DNA from: Squalus acanthias
Taxonomy: Eukaryota
Length of the DNA: 64,000 bases
NCBI GenBank assembly: GCA_030390025.1
Contig: CM059439.1
Coordinates: 31,992,001-32,056,000, forward strand
Direction of reading: 5' to 3'
Shown here: positions 50,950 to 63,019 of the stretch, piece by piece
Layout of the letters: every line of letters begins with the position of its first letter
Position numbering within the stretch: the first letter of the stretch is position 1
The notes under the pieces: generated by a model
Seen by the model: the letters and a program-made list of their open reading frames with translations, nothing else
The model's database searches: none
Told to the model about the DNA's origin: nothing
Translations under genes and position numbers: made by a program

Positions 50950-51679
50950 GGCCCGTATTTTCCGATGCCTACGGGTGTGTACGAGCTGTGTACACACCCA
51001 CAGGGACATCAGAAATGCCGGTTTCAGGCATGCAAAGCGCAGAATGCTCTTGACAGATTGGACGCCTGCCCTGGAGAAGGGCCTCTGCGGGGGGAGAGTT
51101 CCGCTTTCTGCAGAACCTCCGCCCGCTGAAAACCCTTAGAAATCTTACGCCTGGTAAAAGCAGGCGTAAGGCCTGTTTTTACCAGCATAAGAGTTGAAAA
51201 AAGTTTTTTTTTTTTAATTTCACTCATTTATAATTTAAAAATACTTTTAAAAAAGGTAAGTTTATTTTTAGCCCCGTAAAAAACTTTAATTCTTTTTTTC
51301 AAAAAATTAAATTTTTGTTTAAAATATTTAATTTAATGTCATTTTAACTCATTTTAAAAACGTGATGGTTTTTTTAAAATGTATTTAATGTTTTAGTGTC
51401 TTTATGGGGTGATCTCCATTCATATATTTGACAAGGTCTATCTGTTAAAAGTATGAAGGGAGATTCCCTTCTCCTATTGGCTGGCCTGGCCCACGTGATC
51501 CCAGGGACGCTTGTGAACTGCATGCGCCCCTGGGATACGTGGGCCCTGCGCATTTCGACTGTGGAGAGGCCTAGGAGCGGAAGTGTCCGGACCTCGGGAG
51601 CTCTCAGGTAAGTTTGTAGGTTTTTTTCCGACAGGAGGCATCCGCAAGCAGGAAGCCTCCTATCGGAAATTACAGGGCC
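50950..51679. mobile_element. Harbinger-like MITE
   Basis: TIRs GGCCCGTATTTTCCGAT and ATCGGAAATTACAGGGCC, a 3-bp TSD ATT, and GC-rich ends around an AT-rich core. Confidence 0.85.
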
Positions 51680-53109
51680 ATTGTTTTATCACTTTAGCTT
51701 TAAACATCGTTAGCTCAGATTTTTCTTTTCTCTGCCTCTGGGTAATGCTCAGACCTGTGTTGTTGGGATTACGCCTTTTTATGCTGCCCAGGTATTTCCT
51801 GGGGATCGTCTGAGGGACTGTAGGCACAAGCAAGGGGCAGCTATGGAAATGAGGGAGGAAATCAGGGCCTTCACTCATGGAAACTACCCACTACTACGTG
51901 CTGGTACAAACCCAATCCCTTGGCTAATTTAAAAGAGGAAGGAGGTTGTGAAGGAGGCGTAAGTCAGAAGAGCAGAGGGTGCGTGTTGGCATGTAGGGCC
52001 ACAGAGATAAGATGGGGCACGGCCCCTGGAGGAGTTTGTAGGTGAATTAAGGACAGAGAACCAAAGCAGGTTGACAGGGTCAATGGGGGCACGGAACATA
52101 GTGTAGGATAGATTATACGAGTTACTGAGTGATCTAGTTTCCACTTCACCTATTCATTGGCAATCTCAAGTTCAAAACAAAGCAAAATGCGTGCGGTGAG
52201 CGGTGGGTATAACCTGTTGGAGTGAATGAGGCTGTGTTGTTCAATGTGCCTCATTTTCACTAGCATGTTATAGAAGCAGCATCACTGAAGACATTATCAG
52301 AAAATGGGAAAACTCTTTAGTTGATCATAATTACGATATTGGATATAGCAAATATTGACTATACGTGTAATTATCACTTGAATTTGTTGTTCAGAATAAA
52401 GAGTTTTTCTCTTTCATTTACTCAGAGTATCACACACAGAGATGGTAATAATGAAGAAACAATCACGTGTGCATTTGTACCCAATTATATTGCTCGGGAT
52501 TACAGAACCGGTTGTAGACATGCCAAAGTGATCCAAGTGCAGGCCAGGCCCTGTATTGTGACAGTATATCTGTATGCCTGCAAGCACGGTAAAACATGTG
52601 TTTTTTTGTACAAAAAATAATTTAGATTACTCATATTTGTACAATTCAAAACCATATTTCCATTGCTGATAGCACCATGATAAATACATTTTGCCAACTT
52701 ACTTCAACTGATTTTCCAGCAATGAGTGTAAAATCAGATTTGACACTTTGCCAGTCGAGCCGCAGATCTTCCTTAATGTTGGGGAAGGTCTATACAGGCC
52801 TGAATGGGATTGCCTGAGAGATCACCCTGCCCAAGGCCAGACCTAAAATAGCGACCCGATGGCAACTGCTGCTAGTAGGAGCTGTTTATACTTGCCACCA
52901 CCTGCACTTTCCATCAGAGACAGTGAGTGAAACCCTCATTCACTGCCTCCAACAGCACGCGTGTCAGGTTATCTAAACTATAGGGTTACTTTGAATAACA
53001 CTTCTGCTGTCGGAGGAAATCTGGTAGCATAAAAGGAGACCTTCTTCTCATCATCCTCTCTACTCAGAGAGGATTCTGATTTAATACAGTTTGCTGTGTC
53101 ACTTTTTAT

Positions 53110-53640
53110 ATCTAAGAGATCACAGGGCGTGGTTTGGAGGGTCGGGGGGGTGATCACGAGGGGTTGGAGGGAGATCGAGGGGCAGAGATGGGGGGTCAGG
53201 GAGGTCAGTGATCGTGGGGGGTCAGTGGTCGTTGAGGGGGGGGGGGTTGGTGATCGCGATGGGGTCCGATCACGTGGAGTGGGAAACAGGTTTGCTTGGG
53301 TGGACGTGGGGAAGCACTCCTGCTCCCCCTGGCCCACAACCTCTTCCATGCAGCAGTCCTCACCTCCCTCAAGCTGCCGCGTTTCCCGAGGCCTGGGAAA
53401 CCCAGCCGGCCAGCGTTAAAAGCTGGAGAGAGATAAAATGTGAGGCACGCAGCCTCATTAAAATATTTATATGAGCCACGCGCCTCCTGGGAGTGGGTTG
53501 GTCGCCCACCCGCAACCCCCACTCCCCCACCCCGTCCCACCCCGCCTCTATTAAAACCAGAAGTGGGCGGGTTTGAGGTTTTTTACATTTTAACATCCCG
53601 ACCCAAACCCACCCGTTTTTGGGCATTAAAATTACCCCCA
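53110..53640. mobile_element. GC-rich MITE remnant (one end ..aaaattacccc)
   Basis: The terminal aaaattacccc matches the TIR class at 45774-45930, and the interior has gatcg-rich repeats. Confidence 0.55.
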
Positions 53641-53654
53641 CTATCTTAGTGAGG

Positions 53655-54146
53655 TCATCCAAAGCTCGGCTGCCTGTGTCCTAACTCGCACCAAGTCCCG
53701 TTCGCCCATCACCCCTGTGCTCCCGGTTAAGCAACGCCTCATTTTCAAATTTCTCATCCTTGTTTTCAAATCCCTCCATGGCCTCACCCCTCCCTATCTC
53801 TGTAATCTCCTTCAGCCCCACAACCCCCCCGAGATATCTGCGCTCCTCTAATTCTGCCCTCTTGAGCATCCCTGATTATAGTCGCTCAACCTTTGGTGGC
53901 CGTGCCTTCTGTTGCCTAGGCCCCAAGCTTTGGAATTCCCTCCCTAAATCTCTCCGCCTCGCTACCTCTCTTTCCTCCTTTAAGACGCTCCTTAAAACCT
54001 ACCCCTTTGACCAAGCTTTTGGTCACCTGCCCTAATTTCTCCTTATGTGGCTGGGTGTCAAATGTTTTGTCTTAAAATACTCCTGTGAAGCGCCTTGGGA
54101 CGTTTTACTACGTTAAAGGCGCTATATAAATACAAGTTGTTGTTGA
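53655..54146 (+). mobile_element. L2 LINE 3' end
   Basis: ORF RYLRSSNSALLSIP..RSTFGGRAFCCLGPKLWNSLP..FKTLLKTY and the tail aaatacaagttgttgttg. Confidence 0.92.
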
Positions 54147-54679
54147 TGTTAGAGTAGACAGTACCAGCTGAACAACAAGCACCAGCACAGGCACAATGGG
54201 CTGAATTGCTTCCTCCTGTGCTATAATTTCTAGGATTATATGGAACACTTCCTTTCACCGGTTTGTGAAATAGAAAATAAAATAGACTAAAGTAAGAAAG
54301 AGAATATAACATCTGTAATCTGTTACCTGATCTAAATTTGGACAAACACCAGCTATAAACATGGGCTTAGAAACTCCACTGGGGTGCAATCCTGGCAGTT
54401 ACGCAGTTTGCAGCCATCTGTCGTATTCCCGCCAAACCTACAGCAGGTGTCTGCCAGCACGGTTGCACATATTTGGGACCATTATATTCATGAGGCTTAT
54501 CACTTCACTGTGTAATGCATAGTAACATATTGGATAAGTCCAGTAATAAAAAGTAATGAACATGTACTGTAACATAATGTACTGTGCACGAGCTGAAATA
54601 TAATGTAATGTACATGTTCTGTAATATAATGTAACCTAATGTACTGTGGAATTGTAATATCAATCAGCATCAAATGCTC

Positions 54680-54975
54680 CGGTGTCAAGTTAGGTGCTGA
54701 ATAAAGTTCTCCCTATTCTGTACCAACAATGTGCATTCTCATCACTTTGACCATTGCACTGGTGTGAATATTTCTATTTCCCTAAGTAGCCATCCTTAAG
54801 GCCTCGCTGAGTGAAAATGATGATTAAGTGCAAATTAGTGCTGAGTTATAAACCGTTTTGTGCTGCAGGTTAAGACTTCCCAACCCCTTTTCATTTACAG
54901 CTGGCAAAGAAAGGAGACTTTCATCCCATCAGTCTGGGCTGGATTCATCCTCCCAAACAGTGAAAGAACCCACTG
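54680..54975 (-). mobile_element. LF-SINE-like fragment
   Basis: aggagactttcatcccatcagtctgggctggattc and ccaacaatgtgc..cattgcactggtgtga parallel 23480-23800. Confidence 0.5.
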
Positions 54976-55149
54976 TCTTTGGTGTCAGAGGGCCATTATA
55001 GGATTCCTCAGAGCAGATTCAGGTAAACTTGCAGGATATGGCAGAGGTTTCAAATGGCTGTTTTGTATCTGTCTACACGCCAATAAATGATGGTCAGTTA
55101 CTAATAATGCATTGTACAGTTTACTCTAAAGTTGTGTAGGTCAAAGTGG

Positions 55150-55880
55150 ATGCGGATATAGTCCTGGATAGAATAAGAGGTGTCAAACCACATTGGGCTG
55201 CTGATTCTAACAGCATCTGCTTGAGGGTGCGCAAAGATTTGGGTGCTGTACTCAGCAAGCACCTTGCTCATCGATTTAACAGGTTGCTAGCATCTAGGAT
55301 TGTTCCCATGGACTGGAGGAGGCCTATGTGGTGCCAATATTCAGGTCAGAACCAAGAAATTATCGGGCCCAATAGCTTGACTTTGGTTATAGGCAAGTTG
55401 CTACAAGGGATCGTTAGAGATACTCTGAACGCACCTGGATAGAGAAGGGGTTATTAGAGACCCTCAACACAGCTTCTAAAAAAAAGCTCATGTTTTACCA
55501 ACCTGGTTGAATATTTTGAGGAAGTTACTAGGGTGGTGGATGTAGGTAGCCCAGGGTTAATATCATATACCTGGATTTTCCATAGGCTTTTGACAAAGTG
55601 CCACACAATAGGCTACTTAGTAAGATAGAGTCCAGTGGGAGTGACAGATCTTGGGTTGGATAAGGAATTGGTTGCATTCTCATAGGCAGGTGGTGATTTT
55701 TTTTTAATATTCGTTCACGGGATGTGGGCGTCGCTGGCAAGGTCAGCAGTTATTGCCCATCTAAAATTACTAATGATAGCGGTTATGCAGACCGATTACT
55801 CGTGGAGTCCTGCAGGGATTGGTGTTAGGACCATTGCTCTCCACAATCTTTATTAATAATATGGATGAAGGCATTAAGGG
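55150..55880 (+). mobile_element. Decayed CR1 RT fragment with a nested LINE 3' piece (~55695-55760, minus)
   Basis: Motifs resembling VP.DWR, SC.TNL.EYFEEVT, IYLDF..AFDKVPH and GVLQGLVLGPL. Confidence 0.8.
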
Positions 55881-57613
55881 CCTTCTGAACACATGTTGGC
55901 TGCCATGCTTGCTTATGTAAGAACAGCGGCTGCATGTCAAAATTCATTGACTGTGAAGAGCTTTGGGATGTCCCGAGAATATGAAAGGTGCTATAGAAAT
56001 TAAGTTTTGCTTTCTTTCTTTCTATGTATGGGCCTTGTGAGAGGGATCCAAGATACAAGAGCCGAAACAATCTAGGGTAAGAAGATTAAAAAGATCTCCC
56101 CAAAAAACCTACAATGCCTGGTATAATTGATAGGTCTATATTAAAAAAATTATTGCATTTTAACAGATAATTTAAAAAAAAATAATGTTCATCATAATTA
56201 AGTGGATATTTTCTGACAGACAAGCTTCTTAAAATTAAACCACTGTTTCGTAAAAACTTCTATTAGAAAAAAGTCTCACCTGCCTTTTCTTTTTCTAGAT
56301 TTTTATAATTATTTTTAAATGTAAGAAAACCTTTCCACTTTGGATCAACACTAAAGTTACAGTATAGATCTGCGGTCAGGGCCTGAGAGAGGTGCTGTGA
56401 GACTTTCTGGAGGAGATAATCTCACACTGTTTTCAGTTTGATACCAAAGGGAGTGTAAATCCAGCAAGATGTCAAACCGGGTTTAAAAATGCCCAGGGGG
56501 GTCCCTTGGACCTCCTGAGCACTTTTTAAACCTACTCGACATTAATTTAAATGCTTAGTCAATTCAGGCATGGTCTCCAAACATTTAAACTTTAACCGCT
56601 GGGCTCTGTGCATGCGTATCAGCACGCATACATAAAGCTCTCTCCAGGGCATAACAATTGGAGTTTTGGCTAAACAGTGTATTGGTTAGAACCCATACTG
56701 AAGCTACTAGTTTGAGATAGGTAGCTATGGGATAAATGCAGCATTAATTCCTATACAACACAATAAAATATATTGGTCTGTTCTGATTCAATACAGCTGT
56801 CTTTTTAATAGATAAGTAATAAATAAAATTTATACCTTGTACCAGATTGTCCGTGGCAATAGAGGCATGTTTGGTTGGACAGTTTCATTGCATATGTGAA
56901 TTTAAGCTAGCCAGTTGGATGTCCAGATTTTCACAATTTATGTCTCTAGCAAACAGAGTTTGTTGATCAATTTAAAGACTATTTTCTCAGACTGTCAATG
57001 GAATGTAAACACAAGTAGCCTCTGAAAACAAATCTGAACAACTACGTTACTGGCTCATATTCAGAATCGGCAGCCAGTTCTCCAGCGAAATAGCAAATAT
57101 ATCACCTTATGTCATTCTGTTCTCTACATCAATCAGCTAGTTAAAACACTAAAACTAGCCATTAGAAAATTTGTCACTAGACACTCATTTCATGCAAATA
57201 AACTTCTATACATTATAACATCCCTTCATCATGCAAAATAAAAATGGTGGAACTCCTCCATTCCATCCTGCAAATTATAAATTTTACTTAACTCAAGCAA
57301 ACCAGCAGAAAAATACAAAAAAAAAACAAGCGAACCAAAAAAAATGCAGGCAATAAGTGGCGATGAAAGGGGCACATCGAAGCCAAGTCTTTAACTCATC
57401 TGTAATAGATGTTCATTTCAATCCCAACCCAGCCTGAGTGACCGGGTGCATGTGCACTCCATCACCAGTGACAACACAGATAATCTGTGTGTAAATCTTA
57501 TCAGCTTGCCTGCTTCTATGATAGTTCACTATAATTTTTTTTCCCTCTGTGTGTGTGTGTAGATTCTTCAATGTTGTGGCCCTGACACTAGTAAAAAGGT
57601 AAAGATGTCATAC

Positions 57614-57743
57614 CATATGTTGCTCTGAGTGAGTTTTTCCAGTTCCTGTTCCATATGATCTTGCAGTTCACTTGGACGGAGCAATACCTGACAGATGGGG
57701 CATATTGGGGCTTGCGTGTCATACAGAGTCGCTTTCTTCTTAC
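57614..57743 (-). CDS. RNF220: RNF220 internal coding exon (130 nt, ~human exon 3): xKKKATLYDTQAPICPICQVLLRPSELQDHMEQELEKLTQSNI+2 nt
   Basis: gttttacttctaatcag|GTAAGAAG...CATATG|gtatga. It matches human CKKKAAALFDSQAPICPICQVLLRPSELQEHMEQELEQL and is phase 1 to 2. Confidence 0.96.
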
Positions 57744-60700
57744 CTGATTAGAAGTAAAACACAAAAATTATTACAAATATACCACATTAAAAGTCACTAA
57801 TTGAGAAATTAAAGGTTTCTCTAGCCACCCCTTCTTAAAAAAAACTAGGTAATGACTACCAGACCAGTTTACTTGTCAAGCTTATTACTGATGTGAATAC
57901 CTGATACACTGATCAGTATTTCCCTGTTGTTCCTCGTTATGTTTTACGCTTTAAACTACCGGTTAGAGGCAACCTGGAAACGGACATTTTGGATTGGATT
58001 TTCCTCCATTATCCCACCCACATCGGGCAGGGCAGTGGCAAATATAGGCACTAGCCATCCCAGAGGGGTGGCAGTAATCTCTGGTACAGCAATGGATGTC
58101 CCCCTAGCCCTTTGTGGGGAAAGAAGGTCTCGTAGTGGGCACCGCTCCCTCCCATTAAGCCACGTTCCTGAACCAAAGGCTAACAGCAAAACGTAAGCCA
58201 GATCTCCTGGGCCCTGTTGCCCTTTTAACCTTTACCCTGCTTCTTCTGGTCCTGCAGCAACAATTTCATTACAGCACTGCCAGAACTTTTCTTGGGTGCA
58301 GTGGCAGGCTCCCGTTTGCTGGTGGGAGTCCTGCCCGAAGCCCGCCGTGCTTACAAAATGACCCGAGCCAGGAAAATGGGTCAGGGTCATGGCAGGGTTG
58401 TGGCACTGGGTGGAAGTCCTGTCTTGACACTACTCTGGTGGAAAGAGGAGAATCCAGGACTTTGTCATGAACTTCCTGTGATGGGACATCATGAAGTTTT
58501 GCAGCAAGATTGAGAATGGAGAAGGGAGGCTGGAGCTGGTACTACCGACTTATACAGTAGCATTCCACTCAAAATACATGCTGTCAGGGCACCGTCTAAT
58601 CAGCAGCTTCAAAGGAAACAACATAGCAACAAGGAGTGACTAAAAAACTACTGGTGGTAAATACACAGATATTCCCTTCGTAACTTTTAGGACTATGCAT
58701 CAATTCAGATCGGTACTCGTCTCCTTCAATAGTCACCTGCCTAAATTTCATTTTGGTAGCCAAGGGCTGATAAATGATTATCTTATGGTGGTCAATTGAA
58801 AGTGTTACTTTTCAATCTTATTTATTGTTACCAACATATATTTATGGCGCTAAGTAACATGTTATCACAAACCTTACTGAATTAGCAAAATACACAAAAA
58901 AGAACATATTTCAAAGAATAAACACACTGAAAATTTCAAAATATAGACCTGTTCAGGGTCATCGGAGCGATAAGGTGCAACAATTCCCAAATATATCAGA
59001 AGCTCCTGGGTTCAGCCAAGCACTTGGATTGAGGGAAGGGCTGATCAATTTGCAAAAAACATCCTCAAACTGTCCTTTCATCCAACTACAAGACCGTATT
59101 TTAATGCCCTGCTCCAAATTCCAATTGACACTATTTCAAAGCAACTCATATCACCTCAGTGGAACAACTGATTTGAATTATGCTTGCGGATTTTAACTGG
59201 AACCTCTGTCATGCAACCTGGATATCCTATCCTGCTGACTGAGAGAGACATGTAGAGTTGACAGGCTTCTGTTTTTTAGGTGGTGGAGGACGCAAGGGAA
59301 GTCAAAATCAGAAAAAGGAGGAAAAGAATGGCATCAATATCAAGAGGAGTGCTTCCTATCAGCACGGCACAGGATTGCCTGACATGGAGGAATCTAGAAG
59401 CTTCTTATGTGTCTTACCAGCTGAAGGGGGATGCCTAATAGATGAGCTGACATCATGGTAGAAGAACATGAAGTGCCAGACTACAAAGAGGTCTGTATCT
59501 AAGTTGACTGTCTCATTTTAATAAATCTATTCTGTGCTGCTAAGCCAACAAGCTCTCAAAAGTTTTATTCTGATAGTTCCCAAACTTTGATACCTAAACT
59601 TTCCATCCAGCATTCTTTGTCTAATAAGTCACCAAATATCAGGCATTCCAGTAAGATAGCAATGGCTTTAAGCAATCTCAATTATAGATACAATTGCATA
59701 ATTAAAGGGACAGATGGACAGGAATGTTGCCGTACACAGTCCTTTCAGATTTTATTTAAAAGGGAGGGGAAAGTGAGTAAAGTTTGAACATGATTCCAGC
59801 ACTTTTTTTTTCCATTCCTGATAAGGTATACCAAAGAGTTTGCAGACAATAATGATAAATTTGCTCTGATAAAAATAACTGACAATATTTACAATCAGAA
59901 ACTATTTCCTCTAATCTTTTTAAAAAAAAGATTGGAGGGAACTGAAAACTGATCTCAGCCAGAAATTACTTTGGGTTCTATTTTTGTCCCCAGACCTTTC
60001 ACAAACAATACAAATTGCTGTGACTGTCTCCCAAAAAAAGCACACACGTTTCCAGCAGGGAAATCCTGTTACAGCCATGCACCAGCACAAACAGATGTCA
60101 TGTAAACAGCTGCCTCCACCCTTGGCCTCATCCCCTGCCTCTAGCTGTACTGTATTAAAGTCTCATTTATTAATAGGTCAGCAATTAACAAGCTAAGCAT
60201 CCTGACACCTACTGAACACATGGCAGGCGCTTATATTCACTGCAGCTTGGCTGAACACTGGTCTTTATTGACAAAAGATTTCTTCTAATCACTAGGATAC
60301 GCAAATAAAATTAAACAAAAATCTGTGTCCTTTCAGAGACAAGTTTTGGGTTAAGATCTCTTTTAAACTGCTCTGATCAGTCAGATAGGGTCTCACGACA
60401 CAATTTTGGGCAGTTGAGTGATTAATAGGAACTTGATCAGAAATATACGAGAGGAAGGCAGCTGGGGAACTGTTCAATATGATAAACAGGGATACAGATT
60501 CATTTCTGAGATTTTCCACATGGCGAGTTCCTGATCCTGGCCATCGCATCCAAGTAAAGGCATCGAGCAGAAGCCAGATGCTTCCCATAAGGAAAGAGGG
60601 AAGGAGGAAAAATCAGCTAGTGAGTCAACAAAAAGCATTGTACCAAGAATAGCACTGTCAGATCTAGGAAGAGGTTGCTTGCTTGCCATCTTAGCCAATG

Positions 60701-60793
60701 GAGTGTGGGAGGGGGGGAGGGGCGGGGTTGCGTAGCTAAAGAGAGGGGGAAAAGCAAATATCTTAAAAATGATTCAAAATATATTCAGAACAA

Positions 60794-60983
60794 TAGCAAA
60801 ATACTGCGGATGCTGGAAATCTGAAATAACAACAGAAAATGCTGGAAACACTCAGCAGGCCAGGCAGCATCCGTGGAGAGAGAAACAGAGTTAACGTTTC
60901 AGACCTGAAACGTTAACTCTGTTTCTCTCTCCACGGCTGCTGTCTGGCCTGCTGAGTGTTTCCAGCATTTTCTGTTGTTATTT
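60794..60983. mobile_element. Palindromic Penelope-derived element with a 14-bp TSD
   Basis: Arms 60824-60902 and 60905-60983 are reverse complements with 2 mismatches. TATATTCAGAACAA occurs at 60780-60793 and 60984-60997. Confidence 0.88.
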
Positions 60984-63019
60984 TATATTCAGAACAACCT
61001 GTTTTCAGCAGTTTGGATAAGTGCTCAGCTTAATTTAAACTCTGGGTTCAGAATTCAATTCAGCCTATTCATACTGAGACTGTTTTTACTGTAGGGATGC
61101 CCTTCAACGCTTCATTGAGTTAATCTAAGATGGGCTTTATTCAGATCTGTTCCTATTTTTTTATTAGTTGATCCAACGATAAGAATTTCTGAATTTGCAG
61201 GGCACCTTTCTCTATTCCAGCATTAGATTGTAGCAAGTAACACCGAAAAAAACACGGTCACATCAAAATTTCCAAATTTTAACTATAGATTTTAAGATGG
61301 GTGTTCCCATGCACCTTCTACCCTTGTCCTTCTAGGTGGTAGAGGTCACGGGTTTGGGAGGTGCTCCCCTTCAATTAGGGACAACCTTTACGTGTCCAGC
61401 TTGGCAGCATTGGGCCAGAAGAGGCCCAGGTAAATGTTTATTTTTTTTAAATTTCTGAAAGGTTTCTTGTAGGCCAGAGGAGCAGTAGCACTCCTCCTGG
61501 CCCAACAAGGAAAACATTGGGCCTACCCTACCCCGAGCTTCTGCCCCTAAACTTCTCTGCCCACATTCGGCCCGGCTCTCTGCTGATGCTTGACAATATA
61601 ATCTCTGAAACTTATGAAAAATGCCTTTATTATGAAAATTATGGTGGTCTCCACAAGTACCTTCTGATTAGATAACTCCCTCCTCCCCTACCAAATTTCT
61701 GTCTTCCATAATTGGCAAGGTCAACCATGACCATGACCCTTGAGGCCTTGTATTGTCTTTTTGGTCTAGAAGTAGTTATGATGGTTTTGAAAGAGGAGGG
61801 GCTTGTTTTATATGTTTACACATGGCTGCTGAAATTATAGTTCACTTTTTTGTACAGATAACTACAAACCAATCGAGTCTGCTTATGACAACTCGTCATT
61901 GATCAGCCGGCCATAATCTCTGCTACATTTGCGCTATACGTAAACCAGCATTCAGGAAATCACATTCTCTTTGTCTGCTGTCACCAGGAAAACAGACAAA
62001 ATGGAGGGGAGGAGACTCTTAGACATCACCCTGGAGGCATTCTGTTCATCCTTTCATACCGTACAGGCTATAAAAGGGTTAAGTCTATTTCTGAACATTT
62101 AATCAAACCGTCACATTTCCTTGCAGTGCATCTACAACTAACAAATAACCATGTGCAAAACCATTTAATCCTCAAAGCCCAACCCCCATCCTCAACTTGA
62201 ACTCGAATTTTCATTTCATGAAACTGAAAGGGCAACATTTTGTTCCAAAGGACTGTGGATGTTCATAGGTCTGGCAAATTGTAGGCAAGGCACTATTCCT
62301 CATTAATGCTTAGTTAAGTGATTGATGATCATTCCATAGGGATCAAACAATTCCCTCGGTGGACAGCAGTATATTTAACCATTCTCTCACTTTTTCTCTC
62401 TTCCCCCTTGCCTCCCCCACCATTCGCACAACAGAATTGTTCTGGTACATTGAAGACAGTACTGTACAATGAATTGCACAGCTCTGGTTAATGGAATTGG
62501 TCAGTGCAATTGATACTGAGCAAATCAGATGGAGAAAGGAGAAGACAAGCCGGCACCTCAAAGTAATGTCTTAAATCGAGTTTCTTTAAAATTCAAAGGC
62601 AATCGCAAAGTTCAGACATGGATTTTTTTTAAATCCGTAATGTTACTGGTAAATTTGAAATAGTTTATTTAGCATCTGATCATTAGGATGCTAAAATTAG
62701 TACAGAGTTTTGATATTGTGATATTTTCTGCTCAGAGTATAAAATTATCTGATTGCAAAGAGATCATTTTAGAGGTCCACAGCCCTAAAATCTGAAATCT
62801 CATTTTAACTGAAAAATGCAATTATAAAGATGTAAAGTTGATGCTGTACGTTGATAAATTAAAAAGGTTGGATCACAAAGCCGAAGTGTCTTTCGAGGAA
62901 TTTACCTTGCTTATAAACTGAGGTGAGCTCAATGACATGATTGACAGTTGGATGACATCACTACCTCACTGATTTGTAACTCATGAATCTCTTTATGAGT
63001 AAGAATTTTTACAAGACAT

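Noticed and set aside
54520-54660. Degenerate TAATGTA/ATGTAC repeats
   Set aside because: Decayed simple repeat with no further structure seen.
60824-60983. Canonical miRNA gene or terminator
   Set aside because: The arms are transposon-derived (homologous to 9440-9515) and TSD-flanked, so it is reported as a mobile element instead.
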